A stretch of 64,000 nt of DNA. Origin: Atractiella rhizophila. Its lineage: Eukaryota. The translations under genes were made by a program, and so were the position numbers. Of the stretch, positions 62,086 through 64,000 are shown in pieces. Positions within the stretch are counted from its first letter, which is position 1. The number at the start of each line of letters is the position of its first letter. A model generated the notes under the pieces. The model saw only the letters and a program-made list of their open reading frames with translations, had not been told where the DNA came from and searched no databases. The DNA is taken from contig MU271182.1 in NCBI GenBank assembly GCA_021432655.1, positions 186,001 through 250,000 on the forward strand. Reading direction: 5' to 3'.

Positions 62086-64000
62086 ATGTCGACTCACGTC
62101 TACGAGTTACTTTTTCAAATAGTGCAGCTTGGTGATGAAAATCACATTATCAGCAAACGTCTGTTATCGAATATCCTGCCAATAAAACAGTGGCAGCGTT
62201 AAAGAAGGCGATTCGTCAGGAGTTTCCGGAATATCTCAGCGGCCACGAATTTGACTTATGGATGCTGGTCCCAATGCTTCGCAGTGTGGAGCAAGACTCT
62301 CTGAAGACGATCAAGTTCCCCTGCGACAGATTGAAACAACTCGACCCTACCTTCCCGCTATCGGATTATTGGCCACAAGTCCCTGCAAATAGGCACCTAC
62401 ATTTCGTGGTACAGTTAGGTCTGCCTTCTCAAGAACGTCCACCTTCTCGTAAGGATTCCTTGGCGATCCGTCTTCCATCTGACCTGTTGGCTAGCTTGGC
62501 ATCATCATGGTAGCCTGGATGAGTATCAATCCCGCGCACGTATCAAGACATCGACAAGAGGATCATTCTTGCCTCACTCTCTTCTTGCAGAAAACCGAAT
62601 CTTCCCGGTCGACGTCCCTCGTACTAGACCTGACAACTCGCGTGAAGATAGCAACATTGCAGCGCTCCGCCAAGCGAAAGCTACGTTAGGGCAACCGTTC
62701 CAGCTCCCCGCTGATCCTGACCCCGCTACGCTCGCAATCGGAACATCGCTTCAAAATGAGTTTTGCGTAGGTGCTGGGACCATTGGCCGAATAGCAACGA
62801 AGGCAGAGCTTAGCCATTATCATCATGTTGCCGTGGTCGAGGTACCTATGGAGAGATTTTTAGACGGCAAACAGGCGTATATCAACTGGACCTACATGAT
62901 GCCTGTCGCGAGCGAGCTTTCCCGCCAGAGATATGGATCAATCAAAGTGTCCGAATTTGTCGCGTAAGCTCTCGCTCCTTATCGTTGACCGCCGCCAATG
63001 TAACCTATTGTTCAGGGATAAGTCATGGCCAATTTGTCTCTATCCTTGCACTCCTGAATCGTCAAACAACCCTGCAACGCAGTACAAATATCAGCCTCGC
63101 AGCGACTTTCAGATTCGACAGCACGGGATTCCCCAGGTTCTAGTCGAAATACAATCAAAAAAGACAGGAGAAGATCGAATTCGAATGTTACTGCAAGGTG
63201 CAGCCGTTGCCAGAGTGGTGCATCATGCGATCAAAAGGGACGCCGAGAAACCACACATGGTTATGGCTTACTATATCACCAACGAATTGGTCGCCCAGCA
63301 GTATATATTGTGTGTTGACCCAAATACAGTGTGTCATTTTCGCAGCTCATCCGCCGTCGATTCTGATTTGTCACAGGAAGAAGTACTTTACTCGGAATAC
63401 TCCTTTGATCTCAGCCATCGTGAGGAGGCATTCAAGTTTCTGCTTGAGTTATACAACTGCCGATTGGTGATCGACTCGGATGAAAGCGCAATAAAAGCCA
63501 CGTCGAAGCGCATCGAAGAGAGCTTGAACTCTTTGGAGCAGCTTCCGTCATTCACGGGCGGTGATACTTCGAATAAGAAACGCAAAACTAGTCATGGAAA
63601 CGAGGGAACCGAAACACACGAAGGAAACAAAGGCGGTCTTCTTGCGGTCCCACAACTGCAATCTTACCTCAGTAAGTTGGGATATCTACTAGAGTTGCCT
63701 AGAGTTGAAGGTTCCTGGAGTCCGTTGGAAAATGTGCGCATTTCAAGTTATCGAATTCGTCATCCTGAATTATGACAATAGCTTTCACATCCGTCAGTCG
63801 TGGCGGCCTACGCGCGCGACGGAGCCCGCGTGATGATCAAGCGTGCATGTAGCCCCAGGGAAGCGCAAGTTCAACAACGCCTGGCGAGTACCTCCGATGT
63901 TAGAAACCACACGATGAACACTCGCGAAATTTTAGAATTCCAGCAAGACACGCTACTTGTTCTTCCCCGTGGGATTCCTTTACCGTCCTTACGTCTGGAT
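62086..64000 (+). CDS. Crinkler (CRN/CR)-type protein: Ubl header + PD-(D/E)xK REase-like domain + protein kinase (runs off the window; possible 5' frameshift)
   Basis: Header: TVAALKKAI...FDLW...LDPTFPLSDYW...RHLHFVV. REase-like: YQPRSDF...VLVEIQSK...DRIRMLLQ. Kinase start: VMIKRA...REAQV...RNHTM. Confidence 0.75.

Noticed and set aside
61955..64000. 3' read-through capture of the CRN gene by Helitron C
   Set aside because: The flanks rejoin into the local repeat at 56484/61956, placing the Helitron end before the CRN gene.

Overview
Eukaryotic DNA from an intron-rich fungus, most likely a basidiomycete: introns are ~45-60 bp GT-AG and the transposon families fit. It is a transposon-dense accessory region. 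Mobile content: an apparently intact hAT element with TIRs and an 8-bp TSD, three Helitrons plus an orphan Helitron 3' end, a decayed Copia LTR element, a decayed LINE, a Gypsy integrase fragment, and decayed P-element-like and Mutator-like DDE transposases. Embedded among these are conflict/immunity-type genes. (1) An apparently intact spliced gene in which an MLKL/HeLo-like four-helix N-terminal domain is fused to the C-terminal half of the exocyst subunit Sec3. (2) A patatin-NB-ARC-TPR NLR pseudogene split by the hAT. (3) A TET/JBP-type dioxygenase remnant. (4) A Crinkler-type Ubl-REase-kinase gene. The Helitron 3' ends carry a highly conserved array of cGNAg DNA mini-hairpins, and the terminal hairpin loop occurs in two inverted orientations. 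All family assignments come from manual motif recognition, not database searches.
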